Both the position numbers and the translations under genes were made by a program. A stretch of 64,000 bases of DNA from Ramazzottius varieornatus (Eukaryota; Animalia; Tardigrada): contig BDGG01000013.1 of assembly GCA_001949185.1 (NCBI GenBank), positions 1,003,226-1,067,225 on the forward strand. Direction: 5' to 3'. The notes beneath the pieces are model-generated. The model ran no database searches, was not told where the DNA came from, and worked only from the letters and a program-made list of their open reading frames with translations. Below, one piece after another: positions 1 to 14,000 of this stretch; position 1 is the stretch's first letter; every line of letters begins with the position of its first letter.

Positions 1-1680
1 GAATTGTGTCTTGAGAAATCTTGATGTTTGTCCCATCAAGATCGTTTTCTGAGAGTGAGGTGTGAGATTTAGGGAAGTGAACACGGGAGGAGAGTCGAAG
101 GGGAAGACGGAGGAGGGTGTGAGCTGGACGAACAACTGCTGGACGAACATCGAGTACATGGGCAACCGAAGGGGCAATATTCCTTCAAGAAAGTTTGGCC
201 CGTGATCTTCTACGGAACTAACCAAGCGGAAGAATCGATCTTCAGGGGGTAGACGATCAGCTGGTAGCGACTGTTAACAGGCTTACCGAAGGGTGTACCG
301 ATTCAAGATGGCCGAACAGATAGCTGAGCTCAGAAGGACTGCGGCGGCGAAGAAACCTGACGATGAGGTTCGAGCAGCGGTGGCTCAAGCAATCGTAACT
401 CTTTCTAGCAGTCAGAAATTCTACTGTCTGACGGTTCTGGATGGTCAGGCCGAACCAATTAGCACATTGAAATGCCGTAACGGATGGACTCGGCTCCCAG
501 GCCGAGGTCATATTTGGAATATTTGACTGCTAGAAAGAATTGATTTTGCTTGGGTCACCGCTGGGTTCGAGTGGCATATGCTTCGCGTGTGCTGGATGTG
601 CCGGAACATCGTGAAGCTTCCGAGCATCCGACGTAAGCAGCGGTATCGAGTGGGACAATGACAAGAACGGAACTGAGAACATTGGTGCCGGAGCTCGAGC
701 AATTCTCCAGCGGTTATTAAGCGTTAAAAATGGCGGACAATCAAGGTCAACAGTCGCAGAATGGTCCAAGCCTAAACCCCGTCGACGGAAAACCGTTCGA
801 GCTCTACCCGCGTGTTCGACGGACGCTTCGAATTGCTAAAGACGACCCACAAGCCGAGGATTTACTTCTTGGCCAGAGGGATCGGACGTTCCGGAAGGCA
901 AGCCTTCTCTTATTGCAAAGGAGACTTTCGTGGAAATCTGTGTGCAAGATTTGAAGGCTCAGTAGGAGGCAACACCAAGATCGTTTCCTTTTAAAATCGG
1001 CCTCCTAATGTGATTGTTGGGCCTTGGGGTTTCGACGCAAGAACACGTTAGACGGACGCCATTTATGCTTGTTGACGTCACTGTTGTTTGCTGAATCCAG
1101 CTCATCTAAAATTTTGTCCTCCCTTCAGTACACCGGCTGCACCGTTACTGTTCTTCGCCATCTTTCTTGCAAGTGTCGCTGACTTTAGCAAACACTTTGT
1201 GCGGGTATCAAGCGACGTCACAGTAAGCCCATGAAGTAAACCAAGAAAGTGCCCTGGTAGGGGGCAGCACAGCCTGACGCACAGACCTTCCGAAGATGTC
1301 CGAATCATTTGCTGTATTTTTTCCAGTTCAAAAAATGGCCCGCGAGTTATCAAGGTTATCATTGTAGGCAATACGCTTGAAGGTACAAGTACTGGAGCAC
1401 GACTTGCGAACACAAGATGGCACGGCAGGATATCTAGAGCTGGATTGTCCATTACCACAGTTTGTGTTGCGAAATGGTGTGGTTGGTCTCAGAGATGAGT
1501 GCAATGATATGTTCAGCTGGAAGGAATTCAGTTGCTCTACCGGCGTCGATGCTCTCCATCGCGCCACACTGTTCTTTTCGTCCCGGATAAGCCGCAACGA
1601 TCCGGCCATCTGCGCTATTCGATAATATTTGCAAGTTCTGACAGAGGTGTCCACACTGTCACCTTCGCCAGATTTACTGC

Positions 1681-1745
1681 GTACTGCCTTAGCGAAAAGG
1701 CCTGGTCCATAATTTTTACTGGCCTATACTTTCTTATCGTGCGTG
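1681..1745 (-). mobile_element. Partial copy (one end) of the TA-flanked MITE family also at 11818 and 50948
   Basis: Reverse complement reads TA|CACGCACGATAAGAAAGTATAGGCCAGTAAAAATTATGGACCAGGCCTTTTCGCTA, matching the left end of the 50948-51145 element. Confidence 0.75.
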
Positions 1746-4084
1746 TACTGTAGTAAAAAATGGGCTGCTGGATTTTATTAATCGGTCAGGCCGAACTATG
1801 GCGCTATGTTTTGACAGGACTAGTCAAGACGACTCGAAACAAGGTTTTGGTGACGCTGAAGATAGGGTTCGACATGCGTATGTCGAGTTCATTGCCTTCA
1901 TGTTTTCTCGAACACATGCAAACAAGCGGCGACCCCATCTGATATCCGTGGGGCACTGTAGCTACTGTGCATGGTTTCATCACGACCGGTACTGTATTCA
2001 GTCGAAAGTTCTGCGAATGACGTCATCATGCCAGTAAATGACACCCGCACTGGTATCCCTGATTGTTTGATTGTCGCCCATCATTACACTTGACTGGGGA
2101 GCAGTCTTTGATTGAAGGTATAGATACTTTCTGTTCCCCGCCGGATGATACTTACCACGACAGTCACGTGATTCGCAGAACTTTCGAGGGAATACAGTAC
2201 TTGTAAGACGATATTCCGATTTCAGGTCATTAGACAGTGAGTACAAAGGTCAATCTTTGCAAGCTCCCAGATGAGGACGGAGTAGGCAGAAGGAAAAAAA
2301 CGTACAGCAAGGTTTCTGTTTTGCGGTCGGAAGCAAAACACGACGCTTGCCTGGTCGAGCTATGCACCAGAAAGACTTAGGTGTATTCTCACTTAGCGTA
2401 GAGTTCTCATCCTTCGCATTCAACGCTCAGAATCATGTTCGTTCGCGGATCCATAGCACTGGTCGGACTTTTCCTCGTGACGGTCGCACATGGCTACTTC
2501 CATAATGCGAACCCTGATCATCAATACGAGCCACAGCTGAAAGTGTCCGGTCTAAAACGATACGAGCAAGCAACTTCCGGCTCCTTCCGAATTGAATTTA
2601 TCCTGGCTGATTTTCACGATACGGAAAGGCGGTATCCGGTTAGCGGAAAGCTATGCGGGAATTCTTCTGTGGTTGGCTGTATCCGTCCTGAGTTTTACGC
2701 ATCTATCGACACGTGAGTACTCCATCTCTACATCCGAAATCTTGAAGCACCTATGCTTCATTGGTGCAGTACCTGTGATTGAACGGTTGCGGTCTCGATT
2801 TGCAGGCGGAAGCCACATGCAGCACCCAGCCACGCATTCAGCGGTGATCAAACCAGAAGCGACGTTGAATATCGGCTGAAGAAGGGACTCAGCGAGGGAC
2901 CTATAAGACTGCGCCACAAATCGAACCACAACTTGTGCACTTCGGACCTTGAGCTTAACCAGGTATCCACATTTATTGTCCTGTATCTTTTTGCTGAGGC
3001 GCCCATTGAACATATCAGAATCTGAAAGTGCGTACTCACGGTGGTCTTATGAATTTTCAGCCCGTGAATATTCGAGTCCACGTCCTGGACAAGGGTTTCC
3101 AGAAACCCGTGCCAGCGTTCATAGAAGAGTTCATCTGCCTACTTCCTGGTTTCCTGTGGCATAATGACGACCTCGTTCTGGAAAGAACTCCATCGAGCCA
3201 TCGCCTTGCGCAGAAGCTGAATTGTCTTGCTGTACATCGACCCGGAAAAACCAGGTTGACCTACAGATGGACCGCTTTTCCGAATCAGGATCCCGCTTGT
3301 AAACCACTATAAAATTAATACGTGCGGTGTCATGAGCAGTACAAAACCTCTGGCAATAATTATACCATTTGCGGTCAGCTGTTTACATATTCTCATTGTT
3401 TTCACTCACGATTCATCACCTCCCTGTTTTTCCAGAAGGTTTTTGGTTTTGAATTTCGTCCAGAGTTTTGGTCATGCGTAGCGTCGAGCGACCCGTATAG
3501 CACTATTTTGATATGCTCGCGGTTTTTGATGAGCTGGAGGCGATGCAGTTCCAGTCAAATTACTGTAGGACTACATAGTAGACACCAACAAGGACGTCTT
3601 ATGGGGGGACCCTGCAACTGCGGAATTTTTGGTGTTTCAAAACTGTGGATCTGCAAAGTTTGCGTCCTTGGACGCTAGACAACGACCAGCTCCGGCCCCA
3701 GTGGTTGAAACTAAGACACCGCAGCGCCTACCATGAGCCTGTCGCTGCAAGTCAGGTCTAGTCACTGGACGAGTCGGGCTCGAGTCCCCAATGGTTATAA
3801 GCCACGCCCTCGTACAGGGAGCCAGCGCGGCAGCATGACGCGCGTCGTGTCGAGATACGACGTACGATCAACGAGATTTCGTCACTGCTTCTCTGCAGCA
3901 AGATCTGCTTTTCCATTCACTGCCATTTACGCTGATTCATTTTCTTCAGCTCCTCATTGCGACACACCATTTTAAACCGGTGTAGCATAATATTCCAGCC
4001 ATCCGTGCAAGTCTCTCATCAGCGCTGGTAAGCCTTATCGTCTTGTCTATCTGTGATATAATTGTAGGTTAACCATCTCGCACG

Positions 4085-7000
4085 ATGTCTGATCGCGGCG
4101 GTGGAAGAGGTGGCTTCGGTGGAGGACGAGGCATGTCGCGCGGCGGTGGCCGAGGAGGCTTTGGAGGAGGCCGAGGTGGTGGACGAGGCGGATTCGGTGG
4201 AGGAGGCCGTGGCGGTGGCGGATTCCGAGGAAGAGGAGGCTTTGGAGGCCGTGGAGGAGGTGGTGATCGAGGCGGCGGCGGCCGGTTCAACGGAGGAGTA
4301 GGCTTTCGCGGTGGCAGAGGCGATTCACGAGGTGGACGCGGCGGTCGAGGAGGCTTCAACAAGCGTCCTGAGAGAGACGAATCGCCCGACACTGGTGACG
4401 AGTCTCCTTCCCGCGATGTCGGATCCGACAAGAAGCGCGTTCGTTTCGATTTGGATGCCGAGAATGAAGGGAACAATACCACTCCTCAGGCGCAGACGAC
4501 TGGCAGGTCCAACCTGAAATCACCTGCCGCTAAGAAAGCTAATCAACCGAAGAGTGATGACAAGAAGAAGCCTGCCCAGCAGAATAATCAAGCAAATTCA
4601 GCCGAGAAGACTGATCAAGGAAAGGCCAATCAAGCGAAGGGTGGGAACACCACACCGAACCAGAAAAAGCCGCAAATTAACGGTACGGCACCGTCTTCCA
4701 ACGAGAAATCAGAGGCCTCTGGAGCCGAAGGATCAACGCCGAAGCTTTCAAAAAGCGCAAAGAAGGCATTGAAGAAGGCGGCAGCTGGAAGCGGAACGTC
4801 CAACGAACCTTCGTCAGCCGCAGCAGCGAAGTCGTCTCCTCAAAAGACTCCTTCACCTCAGAAGGACACGAAAGCTGCCTCACCGTCCAATACCCAGCAA
4901 GAATCGTCGAGTGAGCCTACGGGCAAAGGCCAGAAGAGAACGGCGGCCGAATCTGGCCAGACCGCACAAGGCAGCAACGAGAAGAGCAACCTCGTCATTG
5001 CCAGACTTGGTAAGACTTGTTTTGATTGATTTTCTGCCCGGATGTTCAGATTAAATTCGTTTGCAGAGGAACGAGCCAACAGACGGTTATTTCTCAAGAA
5101 TCTACCTATGAAGATTGCAACAGACGATATCAAAGCCATCGCTCCAGAATTAGTCGGCGTCAGGATAATTGAGAAGCCTTCCAAAAACGAATGGTAAGAT
5201 CTAGTCATCGGTCTGCAAATCGAAGATTCAGGCCTTCAGCGTTTATGGTTCTGCCGAACAGAAACCAGCTGTCTTACAGCATGAGGCCTACAAGGATATG
5301 TGACGTAACCGACCAATTTTCGTATCACTCCGTTCAGTCAGGTTTTCCCAGATAAGCCCGCGCGTACACGGTGCATTTTGAATCGTATTGTGCGTCACTG
5401 TGCGTGAAACTTGCTAGGTCTTGCATCGCTTTAATTTTTTTTCATCTAGCCATGCTTTCTTGGACTTCGCCAGTGAAGCTCTCGCGACAAAATACTTCGA
5501 CGTTCTCAGTAAGAAGAATAAGCTAAAAGGACAGACGTTCATTGTGGACTACTGCGGCACAAAGAGCAAGTTCAACTCCAAACAGCTCACACCTTCCAGT
5601 AAGTCGCTCCTCACTTTTCGTGTTTCTTCCTATGATTGTATGCTTTTGATGTTTGATCAGGGATAGTAGACCGGTTGAATGTTGCAGCTGATGAAGTGGA
5701 CGAGCTGAAGCTGTACGTGGGTGGACTGAAGAGCTCAACGTCCATTGACGAGATCCGCAAACACTTCCCATCCGCCATTGACGTGCTCAAACCTGGTCGG
5801 TACAAGAGAAAAGGACGAGAAGGCGCAGCGTAAGTTTTCTGTTCAACTCTTTTCTCAGAAAGATCCTTCTGTGTTCGTAATGAATGTTTTCGAGCTCGGT
5901 AAAGCAACTCAACGTACCGTTTTTCCAAGTGGCGCATAACACCGTAAATGTGCTTCCAGCCGATAACACCGTAAAGGTGCGCCACTTGAAACAATCTTCT
6001 TACCGAGCTCCCATTCTGGATGAATTTGGCTGAATTTTGTTTTGCAGGTTTGCCTTCGTGAAGTTTGCCAATGAGACCGCATCGAAGGATGCGTTCAATA
6101 AGGCACAGGATGCCGTCATTGATGGACAGAAAGTCACGGTTCTGTTCGCTTTCAAGCCAAAGACGCAAGAACAGAGACAGAAGGACATGGACACCACCAA
6201 GAAAGCCACCGCTTCCGGAGACAGCGCCACAGGTCCGTCTGCTAAGAAACAAAAGACCGAAGTCGGCAAGAAAGCCAAGGCTGCACCTGTGCAGGAAGAT
6301 GACGAGGAGGAGGACGACGAGGAAGGAGATGACGACGATGTAAGTAAACTGTTGATTTTGTTCCGTTTTTCTCGATCCTCTTGGAAATCACTGTTAATGT
6401 TACGCGCACGGTTTGCACGAACCTTGATACGCTCGCACCACCTTGTGTAATGGCTGAGTGTGTCTGGGTGCATGAAAAGTTCTCGCTGGTTTTCAAGCTT
6501 TCAAGATCTGTGATGAAATGTCATGCACAAGCATACAGGTATGTCATGTTTCATGCGTGGGTGCGTGTCTGCAGGTGAATGAAGGATCGGTAAATTCTTT
6601 CGCTTGCGTCCCAGAACGCGATTGGAGTTGCGATCTGTTATCTGACGTGACTTAATTTTCAGGACGAAGATGAGGATGATGAAATGGACCAGAGTCTTTT
6701 GAGGGCTGTGCTGGGCGGCACGGACGATGAGGACGAAGATGAAGGTGCCCCACCCACCAAGAAGGGCAGTGCAGCGCCGGCCAAGGGGAAGCAGAATCAG
6801 AACCAGACCGCCTCCGCTGGGAAGACCTCTTCCCTGAAAGGAGCCCAAAGTCCGGCAACGCAGAAGGGCGCTTCACAACAAGCCAGTACCGGAAAGAACA
6901 GCTTGCAGAAGGGCGCACAGAATGCGCAAAGTCCCGCTGGCCAGAAGAAGGGCCAGAATCAGCAGAAGGGTAAAGCCGTCTCTACGAAGATAAATGAGGA

Positions 7001-7585
7001 GGACGATGAGGATGATGAGGAAGACGACGGTGAAGATGGTAAATGAGATGGGCTTTTCGCAATCGGCTTGAACGTGATCACTTTTTCGAGTGGCGCACGC
7101 TACCTGTCCATTGCATTGAGCGCGTGCGCCACTTGGGCAAACTGGACGGGATCGTTTTGTGGAGTGGCGCACGGTTCCATCCCATAGGAATAAGAAATTG
7201 CGCCACTTGAGATGACAACCATGTTTGGTTCGTTTGCCGATGTCTCGGAATCTGGAAACAGAATATGAAAACGAATAACAGGAGATAATGGACTAGTATG
7301 AAATGTTCGTTCCTTGCAGTCATGAAAATGTTCGCTGACGCCGCGGACGAAGATGAGGACGATGACGAAGGCGACGATGATGAAGAGGGGGATGATGATG
7401 ACGATGTAAGAAATTCCAAAAAGTTTGAATTGTTATGTGAGCAAATCGCTTCGAGTCGACCTGAATTTGAGGTGCGATTCTGTGTGCCTTGCGAAATGTA
7501 CTTGAGGCAGTGATTGAGTTTAACTTTCACGATTTTGATGCAGGACGATGAAGATGACGAGGATGATGACGGGGACGACGAGTAA
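4085..7585 (+). CDS. Nucleolin-like RNA-binding protein: N-terminal RGG/GAR domain, K/Q/S low-complexity linker, two RRMs, C-terminal D/E tracts
   Basis: Exons about 4085-5009, 5067-5193, 5450-5598, 5688-5829, 6048-6339, 6663-7039, 7320-7405, 7543-7585 with GT-AG ends. RGG/FGG repeats; RRM motifs LFLKNL...HAFLDF and LYVGGL...FAFVKF; TAA at 7583-7585. Confidence 0.85.
5926..5988. repeat. GTGGCGCAC-N25-GTGCGCCAC palindromic element, intronic; spacer lengthened to 39 nt by an internal duplication
   Basis: caagtggcgca...tgcgccacttg; ataacaccgtaaa occurs twice inside the element. Confidence 0.85.
7088..7209. repeat. Two tandem GTGGCGCAC-N25-GTGCGCCAC elements, intronic
   Basis: Left arms at 7090 and 7164 (74 bp period), both with 25-nt spacers. 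Confidence 0.9.
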
Positions 7586-8045
7586 ATCTTCTTAAGCTGG
7601 TTTTCGCTTTTCGTTTAGACGGGAATATTTTCTTGTTGGACGAATACATTGAAGTTACTGTTTCACAACTAACTGTGACTATTCCAAAAATACTTAATCT
7701 GCGAAAAAGGCGAAGAGGTGTAGTTGCAGACACTTTGCCGAATTGTTTTATTGTTAGCCCATACCTTTTGTTCTTTGAGTGTTCCCTGTATGTCCATGGA
7801 AAGCAGAAACTGAAGTGGAGACGGAAGAGTTTCCTTCTCGAAGAATTTGTTGGCTAAATTCAATGAATCAAATAAAAATCATTTATCCAACTTCCGCCAA
7901 CTTTTGATGAACAAATCATCTCTGTTTGGTTCGACTGTTTCAGTGACATTTGCGACCGTGAACCAATATAAGAAAGCAATGATAAAGTTTGAAAGAAAAG
8001 GAAGCTTGAAGTGTGTGAGTAGTTTATGAAAAAGGAAGAGTAAAG

Positions 8046-11000
8046 CTATAAAATGTCTGTTTCGTAAATCTTTTTCGAATCTGAGCTGCCGTTGGTGATA
8101 GTCATTTGGTGTAAAGGACGCGAGGATGGTGTGGCGTAAATGTCAGTCCCGTTCATTTTCATGTAGGGTTGGCGTATCGAGTCAGCAAAGGAGCCAGGCT
8201 GGGGAGAGAGCGCAGTTTTGTTGACAGGAGATGATGGACGGACCTTTTGCTCACGTTGAAGCTGCTGTAACCTTGCGTATTGTTCCTGGGAAAAATCTCA
8301 GATATACCAACTGCTGCAAAGCGAAAACGCTGGCCCATTGCAAATAGTCTGCATCTATTTGCGGTATTTTAGGATAAGTACTGTACAGTACTATTCACCG
8401 TACGGAACAAAGGACGTTAGTTTTTGGTACGATTCTGTCAAGTCCAAACGTCGTATGCCAACTTTGAAAGATGATGCTACCTTTACCTGTAGTTGTTTCT
8501 GCTTGCGAAGAAGTTCTTGGTGTCGCTCTTCCAGCGCTTCCTGTCTCGTCCTCGGTGGCAGCGGTGGTGGCACCGAAGGATCCTCTGTGCCAGGCTTGGG
8601 CGGAAGGACAGGTGGCTCTCTCTTGTCCAAGCGACTGAGGTACGCTGAGTCGACCCGTGAAGGGCTGTAGGGACTGCTCTTGTTTGAAGCATCGTAGGCT
8701 AGGATGTCGCGGGCTAAATCATCGATTGGTGAGCCACTCGTGCCAGGATCTGATCCTTTCCTCAACTTGGACGTGTAGTACTGGCCGATCTTGTCTTGCT
8801 GGGAGGGTGTTAGGCGCTGATCTTTCAAGGGTGAACGCAGTTCGCGCAAGTTGGCGTATTCGGTATAGGCACCACCTGCGAAAGCGAAGATACCATGTTA
8901 GAAACCATTCAAGTCACCGGTTTTGCAGGAAAAATTCTGATGTTGCTTAAGACTACAGAAGGCACTGACATTTCAGTAAGCTTGTTGGAAGATTTGATCC
9001 ATTTACAAGGCTCGATCGACCTAAGAGACTCGTCATTCTGAAGAACAAGGAACTACAGCCTGAGGGGGCCAAGTGACTACCACCTGTATAATTAGGGCGA
9101 TCTTGACCGAGTTTTTGCCGGACTTCGAAACTAATTGTCCTTGGTTGAACATCCTCTTTACTACCTCCTGAAAATTTACAGGCGAGGAATCCGATCAGAG
9201 AAAGTCAAAATCGACAAAAACTAGTGAATGTCCACAGAGAAAAATCCACTAACTTTTGCGGTTTCCAGGGCCGTCTTCCAAACTTTTTTTTGGGCTTTTG
9301 CGTTGAGGTCCTGTGGTAAGTTTGCTTAATATGATTGGAGCAGCAATAGGGCTGCAGAAAAAGTGGTCGATAGCATAGATTTGCCGCTCAGGACAAGAGC
9401 TATGAGTTTTACCGCAAAAGCAGTTTTCCCGGCAAAACGGTCAAATTCGACAGTTTTAATTCATTTTTCGATTCAGCCAGGCGCTTCTGTGATATTTCTC
9501 ATTTCTGTTGACAGTTCGGATAGCTATACGTACACTGAGATCGAACTAAAATTTGGTACTGGAACGCTGAATTCTAGTGATGACGTTCTGGTCAGAAAGA
9601 GATGACTTCCCCACCGGAAGTCACACTGGCCAGCTTTTCCACACTATTTCTCAGCCGACGCGAATGTACCACATCCCATTGGAAACTGCTTGAAAAGTTG
9701 TATCAAAAGTGTGAAGGACTGAGCGAGAAATACATAAACTGAATTTTTTAAAGCGCTATATACAAGTGGTAGTCACTTGGCCCCCTAAGGCTGTATTTGC
9801 AGTATACTCTGTTCGTTCCAATAGACTAGGAATTCTGTAGTAAAAGGTAAAAGTTGTGTACTCGCGAGGACACAACTTCTTTGTTCCTTGTTCTCCACAA
9901 CGACACCTTTACACACACCACAGGTCAAGGCCGCCATATTTATTTGTCTGAAATACCTTGATAGTCGCCTGGTTCGGATACCGTGGATCGCGCCGACGAG
10001 TGGTAGTTCGGCAGAGTGAAGAAGCCAGTCTTGGAGAATGGGGAAGTGAGCGGTGACTTCGAACTGCTACGAAGTGGTGGCGGAGGGGCGTCGATGCTGT
10101 TGAGCCAGTCAGCCAAGTTACGGTCAGTCTCGGACGTGGAAGAAGGCTTGCGGGCAGGTGTGGAGAAACCTGACCGGTTATAGAAAGGCACTGGACTGAT
10201 GGTCGTCTTCCGACCGCCATCGACGCCCACTTGCACTTTGGAGATGGTTGTGCCGCTGTCGGAGCCGGAAAAGATGGAAGACGTATCGGTCATAGAAGAA
10301 ATTGTGGTGGCTGCAATCAGAAAACGAATATAAGCCAACCATGTGAGAACCCACTGTAGCAAAGTGACAAAAGCAGTGTTTGTATGTCGTCAGTCTGACG
10401 CCGTTTACATTATTACTGATTTAAGTCAATTATACCATCAAATTTCGCTTCTATCGTAACCTTGACACACTTCCTGGCTTTCCGAACAGTACAGCCCGTT
10501 CAAGCAAAGTTGTCACCACTGGTTTTTCAGTTGTCGGAAAATTCACGATGGGAGACTCAGGCCTAACTTTTAGGCTACGAGTGAAAGCCCTATCAGTAAC
10601 CTACTAGAATCAACCAAAAACGAATCCTCTGAGAGTACCGTTGGTTGCCGAGAAGAATTTGTTTTGGTGAGGGTCATCATCCGACCGAGCATCAACTTTT
10701 TTTCTTGGAATTCAAGTCTACTAAAATCCAGCGTGACTCATTTCACACACACTCTAGCGTGTCCGATACTGGATCAGATGCGCTATCATTCTGCATGAGC
10801 GGTTTAATTTCGCTGTCTCAAGCAAAAGTTTTCGAAGTAACAGTCTGTTTTGGACCGTTGGAGAAACAGCGGGAAAACAAGGGTCTCTACACGACGGCTC
10901 CCGTTGTGCCTTGAGCTTTTGTGATCGATGTTTCGACTACGCTAGTTTAATTCGGGATGTCGGTTACCTTTCTGAAAGGGGAAACTTGGGGCTATCAGGC

Positions 11001-14000
11001 AAAGTTAGAAACAGCTCTCAAAAATCGTTATTGGGAGAGAATCAATTTTTTGAAAGGGTGGTGACAGGTTTGCTCGAACGGGCTGTATATGCTTGTGTGC
11101 CCTCACAAGTCAACTCAAACTGAAAACTGCCCCATCCCGGGACTCCTTTCATGCCGCTCTTGTTTTTGTGCGATCCGCGCATTTTGCACACTCCGTCACG
11201 CACCTGTGCTTTGTGTGCTCTGAGAAGAGTTAGACGGTGTGATACTAGGCGGCGAAAGACTGGTAGCGGTCCCTGCGTCCACAAACATCTCCGAGCGGTT
11301 GATTTCATGCCGCTCATTCCCATCTCTTCTGTCCCGATTACGCCCTTCGCGTCGCGGTGACCGCTTGATGGTGCTGCCATCTCGATCGGGCGTCGTGTCA
11401 CGAGAAGATACGTCGGTGAAAACTTCCAACTCGGACAGTAGGTCGTCCAACACGTCATGCGCTTTACGATCACGCTCCTGACGTTTCCTTTGTGGTAGGG
11501 GAGCGACACCAGAAGTCGATGACGTCAAGGTTAGCGATTCCTTCCTTGCCGGTGTCGGTGGCGCATCTTGGGTAGTGTTCGATGGATCTTGAATCGAAGT
11601 TGAGCCCTTGATGGGAAAACTGTCCACCGAAACTTCGGGAAGCTCCTTTGCCAGAACGTAATCCTGAACGCTGGCTAGCCTGCAATATGCAGGCTGATTA
11701 GAAAATTGTAGAAAAACGGCGGTCAGTATTGGACTTCGACACGTCATGTTCGTAGCCATGAAGGTTCACTGAGCAGCTCGCCGATGCTTTCCACAAACAA
11801 ACCGGTAAGATGGGATACACGCACGACGAGAAGTTATGGGACCAGGCCTTTTCGCTACGGCGGTACGGATGCAGGTACATACACGACCAGTTCACCGTCA
11901 TACACTTTTCGACATTTTTCTACGTTTGGATTTCCATTTTGCCGTCTTTTCCGCCTGGTCCGATAATTCTCCCATCGGGCGTGTACAGTTATTTCCGAAA
12001 ACGAGAAGCAGGTTACTGGTTAAGATATTGCTACTGTAGTTGAGGGTTGGCTGATACGAGATTCGTCCGAGGCGGGGAGCGGGTTATACTGTAATCTGCT
12101 GATTGCACTCACTTGTTTAAATTCAACAGTGTTCCAGTCAATTTCTTGCATCGCTTGGCCATCTCCTCTAGCTTTTCCGGTTCTTCTTTGACAAAGCTAA
12201 AAGCATAGCAAAGCAAGGCTTTTATGGTCTGAATAATATTTGCATGTTTGTACATTAGTCCACTTGGTCGCACAGCTAAGACCTACATTTCATCTTTGAT
12301 GATCATCTCCATATCGGCTGTCATGACGGCTTTGATCTTCTCTTGAAGACTGGGAAAATTTACTGGGGAGAAACAATACAAGTGTATTTCATCGCATCCA
12401 ATAGTTTTGCAAAATTGGGACATTCGCCAAATGATTTCATTCAGATCATATTCCTAAGTGGCGCACGTTTCCATTGTTACTGGCGAGGAGCGTGCGCCAC
12501 TTGCGAAAACGAATTCATATTTCTTACATCGCAGATCGGCCAATTGGTTTGACAGCTCGTTGAGCTCCGAAGTGTGCCGTTCGACGGAACGCAGGCTGAC
12601 GGGGGATTTCTGGTTTACAGCGCTATGATGTAGTTCCTCAATTGCGGTCTCCAGATTGAACATTTGCTGTCTCAGTCGGGCAGCTTCTTGTTGAAAGGCG
12701 TTCTTTTCATTAGCCGCCTTGTTCCGTGGGGACTCGGAGAAAGGGCCCACAGAGCCCAGCTGCGCCTTCAGGCGCTCGAAATTATCCTTGACAATTTGCC
12801 GCATGGTCAGTGCTTGTGACTGATGATGTCGCCGCAGGACACGTGTCTCCTCGTTCATGTCCCGAATTTTCCTTTGTAAGTTGGCCAGATACTCCATGAG
12901 CATGGCGTCAGGGTATCGGACATTCACCACTACAAAACCCAAGCAGAAATAAACTACAAAATATAATAGTACGGGCCAACCGACCCCTAATTCGCACTCG
13001 TTAAAATGTTCAACTGATCTTCGAGAATAATCGCATAAATTTTCCAAAATTGGTTCCGTTTCGACGGGAGATCTATTGGGTAAACTTTCGATATCAGATT
13101 CTTCTATGTTGGACTGACGGGTGACACTTTCCGAAGGCTCAATTTACTAATTTTACGAAACGGAACGAACAGTTTCTGCACTGACCATGGGCATCGTTTT
13201 GAGCGTTTTGTGAGCTGTTGTTGAGCAAATGGACAGGTTGAGGACCGTTGGCGGACGAGACGGTTAAGTTAGTGGGGGTACTTGAATCTGTGGACAACAA
13301 AATAAGAGGGTAAGAATAATAAACGGAAAATAATCGAACAGAGTACACAAAAGAAGAGAAACGGACACCGGAAACGATGATTGTTAGTTCGAATTGGGTG
13401 GTGGATGAGCAGGTGAGTAAGTGGATTGGGTTTCCCAAGTGCGTATTGTGCGCATGTTTACCTTTGTAAACGAGATTGGGCTGGAGCGTACTGACGGAAG
13501 ACGGTCGACGGGAAGAGGCAGAGGAAGAAGGAACATAAACATTGGCGTAATCGTTCGAGTTGTGGCGCGGACTGTAGTTGGGCTGCGTAAGTGCCTTTTG
13601 TACAAGGCCCGTGAGGTTGGCCAAGTGGCGCTCCATGGCGTCGACGCGATAACGAGCTTCCTCATCGACGATGGGAGTTGCCGTCCCCGAACGACTTGGT
13701 GGTCGTTGCTGCATGGGCTGCAACGATGATGATGAATGTTTATGGTCATGAGCTGCACCGGCGGAATTGTTGGCGTATATGGGCTCTGCTGGGTTATACA
13801 TGTAGGACGATGATGGCGCTGTAAGAAAAGACGTTCTACCAACTCATTCTAGGACCGAAACTCAAATAGCCGAGCTTTCGCGTCTTGAAGGCTGGGTACA
13901 GACAAGGCTTGAAAGCCCAGTTCTGTTCTTTGACCACAGTGCTGAAAATGCATTCCTTCCGGTGGTCATATAGCATTAATCAGTGGTAGCAACCCTCACG

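Noticed and set aside
1-3400. Short ORFs, including a signal-peptide-like ORF at 2435-2716 and exon-like pieces at 1130-1650
   Set aside because: Could not be assembled into a coherent gene or matched to a family; possibly decayed gene fragments
4069-4482. Pro/Arg-rich minus-strand ORF and similar antisense ORFs across the window
   Set aside because: Shadow frames of real coding exons
5229-5292. Intronic hairpin followed by ACA, possible H/ACA snoRNA
   Set aside because: No ANANNA H box or second hairpin, and the pocket-to-ACA distance is about 23 nt rather than 14-16
6510-6645. GTGATGA...CTGA in a nucleolin-like intron, possible C/D snoRNA
   Set aside because: No terminal stem and only a short imperfect rRNA complement; would need snoScan or small-RNA data
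4400-7040. Resemblance of the K/A/S/G/Q-rich segments to the tardigrade protein Dsup
   Set aside because: Compositional similarity only; the segments belong to an RRM/RGG protein and no HMGN-like RRSSRL motif is seen
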